Origin: Octopus vulgaris
Taxonomy: Eukaryota
Reading direction: 5' to 3'
Length of the DNA: 64,000 nucleotides
Assembly (NCBI GenBank): GCA_951406725.2
Contig: OX597823.1
Span: forward strand, 83,700,001 to 83,764,000
Position numbers and translations under genes: made by a program
The notes under the pieces: generated by a model
Seen by the model: only the letters and a program-made list of their open reading frames with translations
Told to the model about the DNA's origin: nothing
The model's database searches: none
Shown: positions 15,536 through 29,884 of the stretch, piece by piece
Layout of the letters: each line of letters opens with the position of its first letter
How positions within the stretch are numbered: the first letter of the stretch is position 1

Positions 15536-15819
15536 CCCTGACGTGTTCCAAACTAATGTCTCAGACATCGATGTCGATGAATTTGGTGTTAGCAACAAAT
15601 GTTCTAGAGAACATTCCAACGATCTCTCCACTCCTTGCCTTTATCGGAGACGACCATCAGTTATGTCTCAAACGACCGCATTTATGAAAGAAAACGAGAG
15701 TCAAGTCAGTTTTGGCGGTTTATTAATCCTCTGTATATGTTTTATGTATGCTACGCTCATTTTCCTCTTTTGGACAGTATTTGGCAAACTATTCTCACTT
15801 GTACGTCTTGCAATTTCAG
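15536..15819 (+). CDS. Probable second coding exon (284 bp): cytoplasmic N-terminus plus transmembrane helix of an unidentified type II-like membrane protein
   Basis: Long pyrimidine tract plus ttccag acceptor ending 15535; donor CAG|GTATGT at 15819/15820. Open frame PDVFQTNVSD...RRRPSV...GGLLILCICFMYATLIFLFWTVFGKLFSLVRLAIS with one hydrophobic segment and a basic kinase-type motif. Not repeat-like. Ends in phase 1. Confidence 0.7.
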
Positions 15820-17199
15820 GTATGTATTTTGTTTGTTTGTTTTTTCTCTTCTACCAAAACCACTTTTTTGAACATTTTGCAAAACTTACATCTATCTATC
15901 TATATATCTATCTATTTCTCTATCTATCCATGTGTGTGTGTCTGCGTGTTTGTGTACATATTTGAAATGTATTAACTGATGAAGATATTGCGTATGAGAC
16001 GTATTCCCTAGAATAGGTTACTGTTCTGAAACCAACGTATCAAATGCTTTCAAGATATCATTATTTTGTTTGAATGTTTATAGACATTCTAGGACCGATA
16101 AAATATAGTGACTGTCCAGAACTTGAATAGCAAGTAACCCCCCTTCCCTAAAACTTTATGGCATTTTGCTTAAATCAGAAACAATCATTTCTAGAATGAA
16201 AATGTACATGGTTATTGAAGAATATTATAAGAATATTATATGAAACGTAACTTTACTTGTATAAGCATTCAAAATATGTAATAGTAACTTGTAGCCTTGA
16301 GATCCACTATGACAGAGTGGTGTAGCTCATGAATTGCCTGATACCACTGTCATGATTTAGCTACTCTACATGGTTTGATTAATCCGTATTGGTTAAGTCA
16401 GAGTGATCCTTAGAGATACATGCAACAGACAAAGCATTCAAAGTATAGAACTGATTTGTCTTATTTTATACTTAGTTTTTGTTAAGCATTGGAAAGAAAA
16501 AGAGAACTAAACTATTTCAGTGTTTTAATGCAGTTACAGGGTCAGTATTAATTTGCAATATAGATATACGTGGGAGGATGAGGAGTGAGACTGAAAAGCT
16601 TGTTTCACACCATAAGCAGCTTCTTTGCATTTTTTTCTGCGTCTTGTCATCAGATTAAACATCACCATCTGACCTCGGTGAACCTTGGTGCAGATACTTG
16701 CATAAATAATCGGGTTTGCAGATAACCTGATATCGTTATGCGTTGCATCTTGTAGCACGAATAAGGGATTCTTGCTTCTTTTCCATCATCTGACTTGGCG
16801 AACTTGTAAAAGATTACCGGTTTTGCTCTGACTCCTTTCACTAAATAAAATCAATATCACATAATTTTTTATCAGATGGCATGACTGCCGACAACTGAAC
16901 ATTAGTTGTACCGAGGCTTATTGGTGTCTACGCCCCTAGCCTCACAGTAGTCTGTGGCACTCTCTGATCATCAATATTTCATACAAATTCAGGGCAGTAA
17001 TTCTTGAAAAAAACTCCTCCTATTTGCTACATATATGTCGATCTTTAAAAAAATGTTTTGCAGTATTTTTCACACAGCATAGTGAGAATATGCTTTAAGC
17101 AAGTCTAAACAATCTTTGGTGAAGTGAAAGAACTTATATTGCAAATTGTGAATGTTAGCAAATTATCTTCGAGCGATAAACCCAGTTTAGAATGAATAT

Positions 17200-18830
17200 T
17201 ATGTATATCTATAAAATAGCACTTCTGACGATGTTCTAAGTTCATACTGATTGAAGATATACATTATTCCTATAACCCCTGTTAGGAATTTGGACGTGTA
17301 ACCTATAAATATGTTAATATTCCCATGTATCAGCGAATATGTGATATAAGCAATTTGTGTGGAAAAACTGAAACATAATTTCTGATAACACATGAAGCTC
17401 AAGGTCCAATGTGGGGCCCATTTCCCCTTAAGATTATACGGAGGAAAGAATTAAAAACCACACTGTAAGCCAATGATGCACGTATTACATATATCTTTTA
17501 CTAGCTAAAGATAAAAATTCATATTTAGTAGTACTAACTAGTTAATATTTGTGTAGCGGTATACAGAATAATGCCGGAAATAGTCTACGAATTGTAGATT
17601 GTTCAACCAATAGGCTGACAGACATCGCAGCAGCTGACACAGCTGCGAATGTCATTACTTTATTGACACTTTCGAATATAAATAGTTTTCTAAGTTTAGG
17701 AATGGACATTAATCAGATATGAGTTTCGACTGCTATTATTACACAATATCCATCCATCCATCCATCCATCCATAGATACATACATACATACATACTTTGA
17801 GATTTATCATCAAATATTCCACTTCTGACCTCGGCATGAGCTAGCTTTGGAAATATAAAGAAAATTTCTTTGAAAAGCTTCTCCAAAATTATTTTCGATC
17901 TTATAGAAAGTAAGGGTAAACAAAACTTTAGCAGACTTCGCAAAAGACTGCTTTGCAATATTTAACGTTCCCAAGTATGATTCTTATCGCGGGGATGAGT
18001 TATAACAATATTTATTATTGCATTAACCTTCCTACTCTTTGTAATATGTTATGCGGAAATAGCAGACAACGGCTTTTTCGATATTCTGAGGACAAAGAAT
18101 ATAACTTGTCTCACGTTTCATAACCATCCATCTGGGGTAGTGGACTTTTTTATCATGTTTTGCTTATGGACCCCTTTGATTCCTGTTTTACTCAGATGGA
18201 CCCCTTATGGCTATTCAATGTTTTAAAAGGGTCATATAGACTCCGGTTGGGAACTTCGGTTCCAGGGTATACCGACACCGTCCAGTATACCCTAAGCATT
18301 TCGAAAGAGGAGTCAAGGCTTGCCTTAGTCACCAATAGATACTTCAGAGTACCAAGAATTTGACTTTTTCACAAGTCTTTGTTATATTAGCTTAGTTCCA
18401 AAATAAAGTCTTCGATCACAATATCGTGCAGATTGTCATCTTCTCTATTGAACCTATTGCCTGCTATGAGCCCTATTTGGGGATATGCTAAAAACAGTCT
18501 TACTGCCGGTTGTTCGTTGCATTTAAAGTGAATTACTTATGCACACTGCATTTGCAGAAGTGTGTTTAACAATATTTAGTAGTTAAAGTTTGTCATTGTT
18601 AGTTATGGCTAATACTAGAGGGCATTTTATGTCATAAATCGTAATTTTTGAACTACAAAAATATTGAATATTTTGAAAACGATTTTTTTTTTCTGCATCT
18701 ATATCATTCACTGGTATTTCATACACATTCACATTTGATACCATAGTTAAAAAAACTAAAATGCTTGTTATTGCAATTGAATAGAAAAGGGTAAATATAG
18801 AAAAGGATAAACAGTTTCTAAAATAATTCA
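17200..18830 (-). pseudogene. Highly decayed DNA-transposase relic, Chapaev3/CMC-like
   Basis: Fragments resemble Chapaev3 motifs: FPKLAHAEVRSGIF (~FPxLSEAKIKEGIF), KFCLPLLSI (~KILLPPLHIKLG), YFCSSKITIYD (~YFGCKIGDQD). Many stops and frameshifts. Confidence 0.4.
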
Positions 18831-19832
18831 CATATGAAGAAAATTTTAATTATATATTATTTGAACACCTAAGACACCTGGCAAAGCCAAAAAAATACGA
18901 ATAAAATAATTTGGTAGTTAATGGGTTAAAATATACAACCGTGGAAAATATTTTGGATATATCAAATAAATCACTTAAGATATGTAAGTGAAAGAGCCAT
19001 TCACAACATTATTAAGTCTAACTCTGCGATGGTACATTTGTCGAAAGAGCGCCCTAAATTTAGTATTTGACACTGGAAAAAAATCATGTTAAACAAACAT
19101 TTCTTTACAACATTTGTTACGAAGTGTTATCTATTTCCATTATCATGATTCGTTTGCTTTTTCCTATCTCTTAACCTCAGTTATATTCAGTTTTTATCGT
19201 ACTACGTTGTATCAGGGATTAGAAATCTACTCAAAACACACTAAAATAGAACAAATTGAGGTCAATGTGCTGTTAGCGTGAAACCAAATAGAGATAAATC
19301 GGGCAAAAATTAGTAACAATTGTCAGAGAAAGATAGATAAACTCCAAACAAGTACAAAGCGGTTCAAGTTACGTGAGAATCGCTGGCTACAGCTGACATT
19401 TTAAGTTTCAAGGTACGAGAATATGCTCGAGTTGGTCCTTCTTTCATTATCTTGTCACATGAAACTAAAATCAAAAAGTAGCACAAAGCTCGCGCATGCC
19501 AATGCATAACCCCGTTTTAATGTCATGAAATTGATTAGACTCCATGGAAAAATGACCGTAGATAAGGGTCCTGAATTGTTCTGTCAATAGGAAGTAAAGC
19601 TGAGGAAGTACAGAATAATAGAATGCCAGCAACTGACGGGTAGATTGACTGTTTTATTTATCGAAATCTAGGCACAGGCGTGACTGTGTAGTAAGAAGTT
19701 TGCTTCTCAACCACATGGTTCCGAGTTCAGTCTCACTTCGTGGCACCTTCAGCAAGTGCCTTCTACTATATACTCGGACCGACCAAAGCATTGTGAGTAG
19801 ATTTGGTAGACGGAAAGTGAAAGAAGCCCGTC

Positions 19833-19874
<42 letters not shown>

Positions 19875-19953
19875 ATATATAGTGACCGCGTGTGTATCGT
19901 TGGCGATGTTTTTTCTTCCGTCTTCCCTTCCTTGGGTCTTTCCTTTACCTATG

Positions 19954-19986
19954 TTTCTGACGAAGAGCTCCTCTCGAAACGTTAAA
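19954..19986 (+). ncRNA. Minimal hammerhead motif (PLE type, zero-loop stem III)
   Basis: ttt-CTGACGA-A-gag(ctcct)ctc-GAAAC-GTT-aaa inside a ~200-bp element embedded in (TA)n. Confidence 0.7.
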
Positions 19987-20085
19987 TCCTCCTTCTTTCT
20001 TTCCTTTCCTGAGCGTCCAATAACACTATACTTGTTCCACGTCCTCGCGTTGTTGTGTTTTCTCTTTGTGTTTTCATGTTTGGAT

Positions 20086-20126
<41 letters not shown>

Positions 20127-23100
20127 GGAGAATTCACAGAAAAACAAAAGACGAAGACAGGTGGTGTAGACAACAAACAGATTAGTTTTAAATAACACAA
20201 GATTCATTTAAAATAACACATAGCGGTTCCTGAAGAAGAACGATTTTATAAAAATATGAACAGTACGGTTCTCATCTGTTTGAATTCAAGAGTTAGCGTG
20301 AATCATAGTACAGTTCTGTTTCAGAAAATCTTTTTATCCGGATTATAGAGTGCCGGTTTACGTAAACAAAGTTAACAGTTTGAATATTTATGTGTTTATA
20401 TTTTATTAATTTATGCTTGGGTAGTGATATGTATATAATATTTGCACAATGCCAGCAATTCAGGGGGACGGGGTAAGTCGATTTCATCGACCCAGTGCTG
20501 TACTGGTACTTATTTTATCGACCTCGAAATGATGAAAGGCAAAGTCGACGCTGGCAGAATTTGAACTCACAACGTAACGGCGGTCGAAATGCCGCTAAGA
20601 GTTTTGCCCGGCGTGCTAACGATCCTGCCAGTTCGCCGCCTTTCATATGTATGTAATATAATTTTATGCTTGAAATTCCGCCGAGGTTGATTTTGGTTTT
20701 CATTTTTTCGGGGTTTATAAAATAAGTACAAGTTAAGTGCTAGGGTCAATGTAATCGACTTATCCCCTTACCCAAAATTGCTGACCTTGTGCCAACATTT
20801 GAAACCAATATTATTTTATGCTTGAGTAGTCATATCTATTCATATAAAATTTATTTTAAATTTTTTTTTATTTTGTTATATTTTTCAGCACCTAAAAACA
20901 GATCAAAAAATCCTTTCCGGCTTCCTCATCCTTCCAACTTTCATTTAAACAGAGCAATTTCCAGTGGAAGATGAATGACATCCTCCAAGAAAGTTTGAAA
21001 GCAACATTGAACAAATCAAAGAGACAGAAAATTTTTTGGAGGATTAAGCATTAAGTAACAATGGGCAACTTTGTTTTAAAACTGGACAGAGATGTAAATA
21101 ACCAAGGATTAAGGAAACCAATTCAACTAATGAATTCTTTAAAAAAAATTGTCTGTCGAAAACTGCGAAATAGCAGTATTTTCTGTAGAAGTCAGAATTA
21201 GAAAGTAATAATAATAATAATAATAATAACAATGAAAGACTGTAAGGTCGAAGATCATACATTGATTTCTATCATTTTGTTACTATATATATGTGTGTGT
21301 GTATGCGTGTGTTTAGGTATATACACACATATATATATATTTAGATATGTGGAGGTATTTCTGTTATAAATCATTCAAAAATAGTATAAGACAAAAAGTT
21401 CTGTGATCCTGTTTTGAGAGAGATGGTTATGTCTCGTGTGAGGCGCCTCTGAGAGTATTTTAGTTTATGTCCGAAATGTCAAAAACTTAAACAATATTCC
21501 GTCAACCTCAACTTGTAATGTTACTATCAAAACTATGCATATATTATTTTCAAGCACGAAACTAAATCGAAATGAAGCCATTTTAGGAGATCGATAAGTA
21601 ATTAATATTATCAAATCTTTTCGTCATAGAGTAGAAAAGAAAAACACTAATGATGTACTTTAATGCCTCGTTTCGATTTCGTTGTACGGGCTGTGAAAAT
21701 TTTGATTTTGATTTTGATAGTCTTTAAAACTCTGCTTTGGATAACAAACGCGTTTCATGGTGAAAGAGCCAAAATTTACTAAATCTTGCTAAAATTTAAC
21801 AATTGCACTCCCAGTTTCCTTCACTCTAATCAATAACTTACAATGAAACATTTCTGCAAACAATATTAAGCAATTAATAAATTGATGCTCTTGGCTCGGA
21901 GATAAGATTCGATTCCCTGTTGAAACTAACTACCTTCATTTAACACTGCCAGTACTCTTTTACAAGATATAGAGATCGTAAAAAACGTGCTGCAATATCC
22001 TGGATACTAATTAACAAAGATCTTCGTAGTGATCTAAGACAAATCTTTAATTACAACATACCAATATGAAGCTGTATGACTTCATATTGGTATATTGCTC
22101 TGTGATATAGGCTTTCTGTAGGGAGAATGACTAAGGAGAAAGAACTCATGCTAAGTGGTAACATGAAAGGCGAGTGTTTGCCTGGGATCCCCACCGTCTT
22201 ATGGCCAGTTGCTGCAAGGACGACAACTCACGTTCGTCATAACATTTATTTTTCTAGTGAGAAACAGCTACGGCTGTATGTGCGTGCATGTGTGTGTATG
22301 TGTGTGTGAGAGAGAAAGAGAGAGAGAGAGAGAGAGTACTTGCAAGCATTCCCACAACATTATTGTAGTTATTTCCAGCAATGTGAGAACAGAATTATAT
22401 TAAAAATGACCAGTTTTACTTTTTTAATCGCAACAAAATATAACCCTAATCCTCATTAAAACCGCTCAAAATGTCTTCCTCCTCAACAAATCAACAATCA
22501 CAAACTGCTTCACAGCTATTTCTTTTTTAATGTATACACAGCTGTGTTTACTTTCTTATATTTATGAATTACATTGCATCGTTAACAACCATTGTAAACT
22601 TGTCTTCGTAAATTGTCTACATTTCTTTCACTGACTATAAAACTATAATTTGTAAAATATATATAAAAATGTTTCTGTACATTATTTATACGTTAAATGT
22701 TCTATTTTTTCTAATAAAACAATAAAAAAATCATCTCCATGTTTCTTTGTTTTATTGAAATTGTTTCAAATTTTGCTGTACTTGACTGTTACTTAATTTT
22801 ATCGACTCTAAAAGCATGAAAAGCAAAGCTCTCTTCAGCAGGGTTTGAACTCAGAGCGTAACACACTGGAAGAAAAATGCCGCTAAGCATTTTTCCCTGC
22901 ACGCTAGAATGTTTGCCAGCTCGCGGCCTGACAGTGGTTTGTTAAAATAATTTCAAAATCAGGCACAAGGCCACCAGTTTTTGAAGAGTGAGGGCTAGTC
23001 GATTACATCGTCTCTAGTACTTGACAGCTACATATTTTATCGTTCGGAAACATTGAAAAGCAAAGCCCACCTCAGCGGAGTATGAATTCAGAACAAAGAG

Positions 23101-23363
23101 ACGAACGAAATACCGCTAAGCATTTTGCCCAGCGCGCTAACGTTTCTGTCAGTTCGCTGCCCTGCACCGTTCTGTTATAATGCACATTATAACACATCAT
23201 ATCCCAAATGACGGACTTCATTGTCGACACAAGTAAACAGAACTGGACGAAGCATATTTATATAAGTGTACATAGTCATGGCAAAGACTCCCATCATTAT
23301 GCGACACCTTATATATTTAGTTTGTTTGTTGTTATTCCTATCTAGTATGATGATAGTGTGTGT

Positions 23364-23429
<66 letters not shown>

Positions 23430-23504
23430 ACGCACACACAAACATACACACACACATATATAAACATACTGTATTCCATCCAAATATAAAAATATTGAAA
23501 AAAT

Positions 23505-23710
23505 TCCAAAGGTGGGTGTCAGCAGCTTCTACCACGGACTCAAGACCACGGACTCTGGAATTTGTTGCATGCGTTTCTCCCTGTGTTCCCGGAAAAATCG
23601 ATGAATATTTCTTTGATCATAGTCACCAGATCGGCCTTAGTGTTGCAGGCAAAGCGGTTGGGGTTGGTGTCTTTCACAAATGTGCCCCACACATATAATC
23701 CATGAGATTA
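23505..23710 (-). pseudogene. Tc1/mariner-superfamily transposase C-terminal relic
   Basis: Minus strand reads, with frameshifts, DY..WG...KDTN...CNTKADLVTMIKEIF...NACNKFQS..LESVVEAAD, typical of the post-catalytic tail of maT/Tc1-type transposases. Confidence 0.55.
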
Positions 23711-23847
23711 TAATCAATGGAATTAGAAATTTTTCGACAACCACCCCAGACTCGTTCCGGAATAATAGCAAGGAGCTACATATATGCTCTTCCAGCATTA
23801 ACCCTTTCCAATCAGAGATTAACAAGCAACTTCATATAGACCAGTGC

Positions 23848-23911
<64 letters not shown>

Positions 23912-23912
23912 A

Positions 23913-23981
<69 letters not shown>

Positions 23982-24100
23982 CGAGGCCAACAGGTTTTAG
24001 GGTCTGAAGAAACACTGTAAAGCTAAGCGCTTTATGTATGTGATACTCAGTATAATCCCATAGACCGGCCATATTTATCTTTATCTCTGTCTCTCTACTC

Positions 24101-24139
24101 CAGACTGATAAAGAGGAATGACTCTGAAACTAGTTTCTG
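24101..24139 (+). ncRNA. Degenerate type I hammerhead motif (G8->A)
   Basis: caga-CTGATAA-agag(gaatga)ctct-GAAAC(ta)GTT-tctg in a ~330-bp island between (TA)n tracts. Confidence 0.65.
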
Positions 24140-24325
24140 ATGCTGGCTTTGCTGTGTGGAGATGCTTATTTCCCCTGTTTGGAGACATAAGGACGCACTA
24201 CGCTTGTGTCACATAGCCAACTGGAAACGATGTGTTCTGTGGCTAAATACCAATAGCATTCTTCCCTTCAGCGGGACTTCCACAATAAGTTGGCAACAGA
24301 CCATCACTTTATATATATATGTATG

Positions 24326-24484
<159 letters not shown>

Positions 24485-24673
24485 TTTACTCTTTTACTTG
24501 TTTCAGTCATTTGACTGAAGCAATGCTGGAGCACCGCCTTTAGTCGAACAAATCAACCTCAGGACTTATTCTTTGTAAGCCTATTACTTATTCTATAGGG
24601 CTCCTTTACCAAAACGCTAAGTTACGGGGACGTAAACACAGCAGCATCGGTTGTCAAGCACAGACACACAAAC

Positions 24674-24713
<40 letters not shown>

Positions 24714-24962
24714 GACGGGCTTCTTTCAGTTTCCGTCTACCATATCCACTTAAAAGGCTTTGGTCGGCCCGAGGCTATAGTATCAGACACTTGCCTAAGG
24801 TTTCACGCAGTGAGACTGAACCCAGAACCATGTGGTTAGTAAGCAATCTACTTACCACACAGCCACCCTTGCGCAAGTATATGTAGATGTCTCCTAACGA
24901 CCTAGTCATATTGAGAGACATCTGTAATTCTTCTCTTTGGTGAAACTTTTCTAACTGCTGTT

Positions 24963-25035
<73 letters not shown>

Positions 25036-25038
<3 letters not shown>

Positions 25039-26300
25039 GGGTTGGACAAAATGATAGAAACATCTAGCATCTTAGCATCATAGTTCTGAAATATCTATAA
25101 AACCATGAAAAGCTTGTTTATTTTAATTTTTTTTGATTTATTATTAGTTTTGCTTAATAGGTTTTGCTAAAATTGCTGTTTCTTTTCAGATATCATCAAC
25201 AAAAGGTAATTAAAATTCGTAAAAATGACAGATCTATTGTGGTCAAATTGTTGGTAATCGTACGACAAGTGCTAGCGTAACGAAAATAGCAGAAATGTTT
25301 GGTGTATCAAGAAGCACTTCTCAAAAGTAATGACAGTCTTTGAGAAAGAGGGAAAAACCTCCTCGCCGAAAGAAAACTCCGAAAGAAAACCAAAACTTTC
25401 AGATAGGAACCGTCGGACTCTTACGCCAATTGTTAGAAAGGATCACAAAAATACAGCTACCCAAATTACTGCAGAGCTTAATGATCACCTCGAGAACCCA
25501 GTTTCCACAAAAACTGTTAGCCGGCAGCTACACAAATCCGGATTTCACGGGAGGGCTGCAATCAGAAAACCACCACTTTCAAAATCAAACGTTGGAAGGT
25601 GTTTAGAGTGGAGTAAAAACCTACAGAATTGGTCACTAGAGCAGAGGAAAAAAGTTATTTTCTCGGACGACTAGTCCTTTACCTTATTTCCGATCACCGG
25701 CCGAGTATACGTGTGGAGACAGCCAAAAGAAATATTTGGTTCAGACTGTATTCTTCGAGCTGCTAAACATGGAGGAGGGTATGTGATTGTCTGAGGTGGG
25801 GGCTATATCTAGGAAATCTGCCGGTCCAATGGTTTCCTTTTATGGCAGAATTAATAGTCAAGAATATCTAAGCACTTTATCTGATGAAATTCATTGTATG
25901 GTTGCGGAACTGTTTCCCGAGGGAAACACAATCTTTCAAGATGATAATGCATCAATTCACATAGCTAAAGTTGTTACTGAATGGTACGAGGAACATTCAA
26001 GTGAAGTTGAACATCTTATCTGGCCACCACAGCCCCCAGATCTCAATATTATTGAACATTTATGGTGCATTTTAGAAAAAACAGTAAAGAGTCGATATCC
26101 TCCACCAACATCACTAGAAGAACTGAAGATTGTTTTAGGTGAAGAATGGACCAAATTTCCTTTGGAAACAATTCAAACTTTGTACGAACCAATACCTCGT
26201 AGAATACAAGCTGCAATTATTGCCAAAGGCGGTCCTACTCCATACTAAAATAAATTTGTTTGAAAATTTAAGGCGTTTCCATTATTTTGTCCAACCCCTG
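25036..26300 (+). mobile_element. Full-length decayed Tc1-family DNA transposon
   Basis: ~30-bp TIRs CACGGGTTGGACAAAATGATAGAAACATCT / rc CAGGGGTTGGACAAAATAATGGAAACGCCT, TA target on both sides, inserted at a (TA)n tract. Confidence 0.95.
25225..26248 (+). pseudogene. Tc1 DD34E transposase pseudogene
   Basis: ORF pieces 25330-25674 (HTH region, VIFSDD*S) and 25787-26248 (FQDDNASIH, WPPQPPDLNIIEHLW, AKGGPTPY); in-frame stop and frameshifts. Confidence 0.92.
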
Positions 26301-26613
26301 TATATATGTATGGCGGCCTTCGTTCAAAAAGACAGACGAACTTCCAAGTAAAAGGACTGCCAGACTGCATAATACTGATTCAAAATACCAATGTTTAGGA
26401 GCAAGAGAGTTAACATTTCAAATACAACAGTTTAGCAACAAAATTCTAGTGGATAAAGTAATTAAGTAAAGAATATTTATAACGGCCAAAAGAAAAAATA
26501 AACGTTTTTATATATATCTCCAATAATATTAATCTAAATATATTTAAACTTAAATCACTAGCCATTTTGATGATATAATAATAATAACAATAATAATAAT
26601 AATAATAATAATA

Positions 26614-26672
<59 letters not shown>

Positions 26673-26715
26673 AAATAATAAAAATAAAAATAATAATAAT
26701 AATAATAATAATATG

Positions 26716-27247
26716 CAGTACCAGGCAGTGGTTCACGTGGCTTCTGATCTTAACTGATTGGAAGTGTTATCATGTGCATTGTTTTGTTTTGGTATAAAAG
26801 ATGGGCTACAGCAAATATTCTGCTCAATACCACAGATTTGCTTGTCAGTTGTTTGACCGTAACCAGTTAAGCATGTCCCTTAGTGGCTGATGATATGTGC
26901 ATCTCTGATCACGAGCAAAAGTAGTTGGGTAGTACCATAGCCATGTGTTGAGAGGAAGTTTTTTGGGTTTGGATAATTCACCCTCGGAAACATGGGTGTT
27001 TCGTTTAACATCCTTAAACAATCCTTATTCGGGGACCTTTAGAGTGGGATGGGCTACTCACCTGAAGAAAATTCTGATTGGGCCCCACCTGTTAATCTTG
27101 ATATGAGATCATCATGTCACGTACATATGGTTGTGATGCATGTGCCTGGTGTACTCTTATCAGACGAGTAATCATGATGGGTATACTGGGCTTCGTATAT
27201 TTTACCCCAGTATCACTTTGATGGCATGCAATGCTCTCTCACTCAGC
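26716..27247 (-). mobile_element. Probable non-autonomous retroelement with (ATT/ATC)n tail
   Basis: GC-richer ~530-bp block abutting a long (AAT)n(GAT)n tract. Single copy in the window, so the family is unverified. Confidence 0.4.
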
Positions 27248-28421
27248 ATTATATAAATATATAAATAAGGTATCAGAGTTTTACTTAGTTTTATGGACGG
27301 ATTAATCGTGTAAATCCATATTTCTTCTATTATTATGCCTAAACATGTTCGAAAGAACGTATTTCTAATATATCAAATAACTATCTATTTATATGTAATA
27401 CTATTCATTCATTATTACTCAAAGAAAATATATAAATCACATATAATGATAATATACATTAACCCCTCTCATTTATCTATTGTTACTGACATAAAGATAA
27501 CTAACAAATAATGGTCTTTATTTATGTAGTTCATCGAAGGGAGAACTCTGTAAATTAAAACAAACAAGAAACATAGATTTACGATAATTATAATCTATAA
27601 TATTTCTCAGATAAAGAGACAATAAACTATGAATAAAAAATATATATCTAAATTTTACTAAGTCTTTCACATGTAACGAAATTAGAGCATTCCTATATGT
27701 ATATCAGCTCTATCGCCATTAATACATGTATTTACGATTATTTAAAAATATATGACTATATATAATAATAGTTGTAATCTATTTATTCATATCTGCACGA
27801 ACACTATGCCAAGACTAAATACCAAATTACTTCGTCTACCAAAGAAAAAAATATATCTTTGTAAATCGAAGACTTTTTTTTACTTCCCGAGTGTTATGCT
27901 AATACATCTGTTTGTTGTCTACACCACCTCTCTTCGTCTTTTCTTGTCTACACCACCTCTCCTCGTCTTTATAGATAAAGTAGCTATATGAAAAAAAAAG
28001 CCGGAAATACGTACTTGGAAATAAATGGTTTTGATCGCAATATGGCATTATATAAAATTATTTATTTATAATTTATTTATTGTTAATGTTATTAATCTAT
28101 AAATTAAATCAATTTGTTCAGAAATGTATTATCATTTAGTATAACGAAGATAGGTGTAGGCGTGGGTGTGTGGTAGGGAGCTTGCTTCACAATCACATGG
28201 TTCCGGGTTCCGAGCAAAGCCGTTTGGAATTAGTAGTCAGAAACTGAAACAATCCCGTCATTCTTTATTTTCTCTCCCTGTTTCTTTGTGTTCCTTTCTG
28301 TGGAAGAGCGTAGGCTCGAAATTTTAAAGACTTTTTCACTTCCCGAGCGTTAAGCTAATGCATCTGTTTGTTGTCTACACCACCTGTCTTCGTCTTTTGT
28401 TTTTTGTGAATTACTCCCACA

Positions 28422-28492
<71 letters not shown>

Positions 28493-29627
28493 GTGTGGGG
28501 ATGTGTACGTATAAATATTTGAGTTTACCTCACATCACCGTTTGAAAACCGGTGAGGGTGTGTTTACATCTCCGTAACTTAGAGGGTTCGGCAAAAGAGG
28601 CCTAAAGAATAAGTAGTAGGCTTAAAAGATAAATCCTGGGGTCGAGTTGTTCGACTAAAACCCTTTAAGGTGATGCCCCAACATGAAACATGTAGAAGAA
28701 TAAAAGTATATATATATATATATAAAGATACATATACATATGCCTGTATTTATCGGCATGTATATATATGTATATATATGTTTATATGTGTGTGTGTGTG
28801 GGGGGGGGTTGTGTATATATACATATACAGATATATATATATATATATGTATATGTGTGTGTGTATATATATATATTCTTTTAGTCTTTTATTTGTTTCA
28901 ATCATTTGAGTGCGGCCATGCTGGAGCACCGCGTTTAGTCGAACAAATCGACCCAGGACTTATCCTTTGTATATGAAAGTGAGCCTTATCACCGATAATG
29001 AGGCTGTGGATAAAATCACGTTCTCGCTTTACCAATTATAGGATCTGGGCAGCATGCATTAATTGTACACATTAATGTGCTGGCTTCAGTTATAGCACTA
29101 TATATGGGAATAAATTCAGCATTCTTTGGATCATCTGTGGTGAGCTTTGTGATATGCTCGGCTGCTGGGACCACCTTCATGTTGATGTTGGGGTAGGGTG
29201 GGGAGTCTCTTCTTTAATGCTCGTCTGTACACACTGAATGTTGTCCTGAAATCTCTAATAGAATGCGGCTTTCCTGCAGCTGTTGTTCAAACTGCCAGAA
29301 AATGTTGAGAATTGTTTGTTTAGAGACGGTGGTTGTTTGACACCAAAAATGACGAGTTGTGGCCACAAGTTTGGAATATAAGTCTGAATGTTAGAATTTT
29401 TATATTATACTCCTGGGGTGGCTGGCGTTAGGAACGGCATCCAGCTGTAGAAACCATGCCAAATCGGACTGGAGCCTAGTGCAGCTCTGGCTCATCATCC
29501 CCAGTCAAGCCATCTAACCCATGCCGACATGGAGAGCGGATGTTAAATGAAGATGATGATGATGATGATGATGATGTTAAATGCTCAAAGCTATATATAA
29601 TTTGCTATATATTATTACTACTTACAG

Positions 29628-29669
<42 letters not shown>

Positions 29670-29840
29670 GACGGGCTTCTTTCAGTATCCATCTACCAAA
29701 TCCACTCACAAGGCTTTGATCAGCCTAAGTAGAAGACACTTAACCAAGGTGTCACGCTGTGGGACTGAACCTGGAACCATGTGGTTGGTAAGTGAGCTAT
29801 TTACCAAACAGCCATGTATATGGGTGTGTGTGTGTGTGTA

Positions 29841-29884
<44 letters not shown>

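Noticed and set aside
15976-16005. CTGATGAAG...GAGACGTA hammerhead-like string
   Set aside because: GAAA is mutated and the stems are only 2-3 weak pairs; compatible with chance.
22122-22274. Possible third exon (phase-1 compatible acceptor ctgtag|GG AGA ATG)
   Set aside because: Weak pyrimidine tract and donor, no recognisable protein; a phase match has a 1-in-3 chance.
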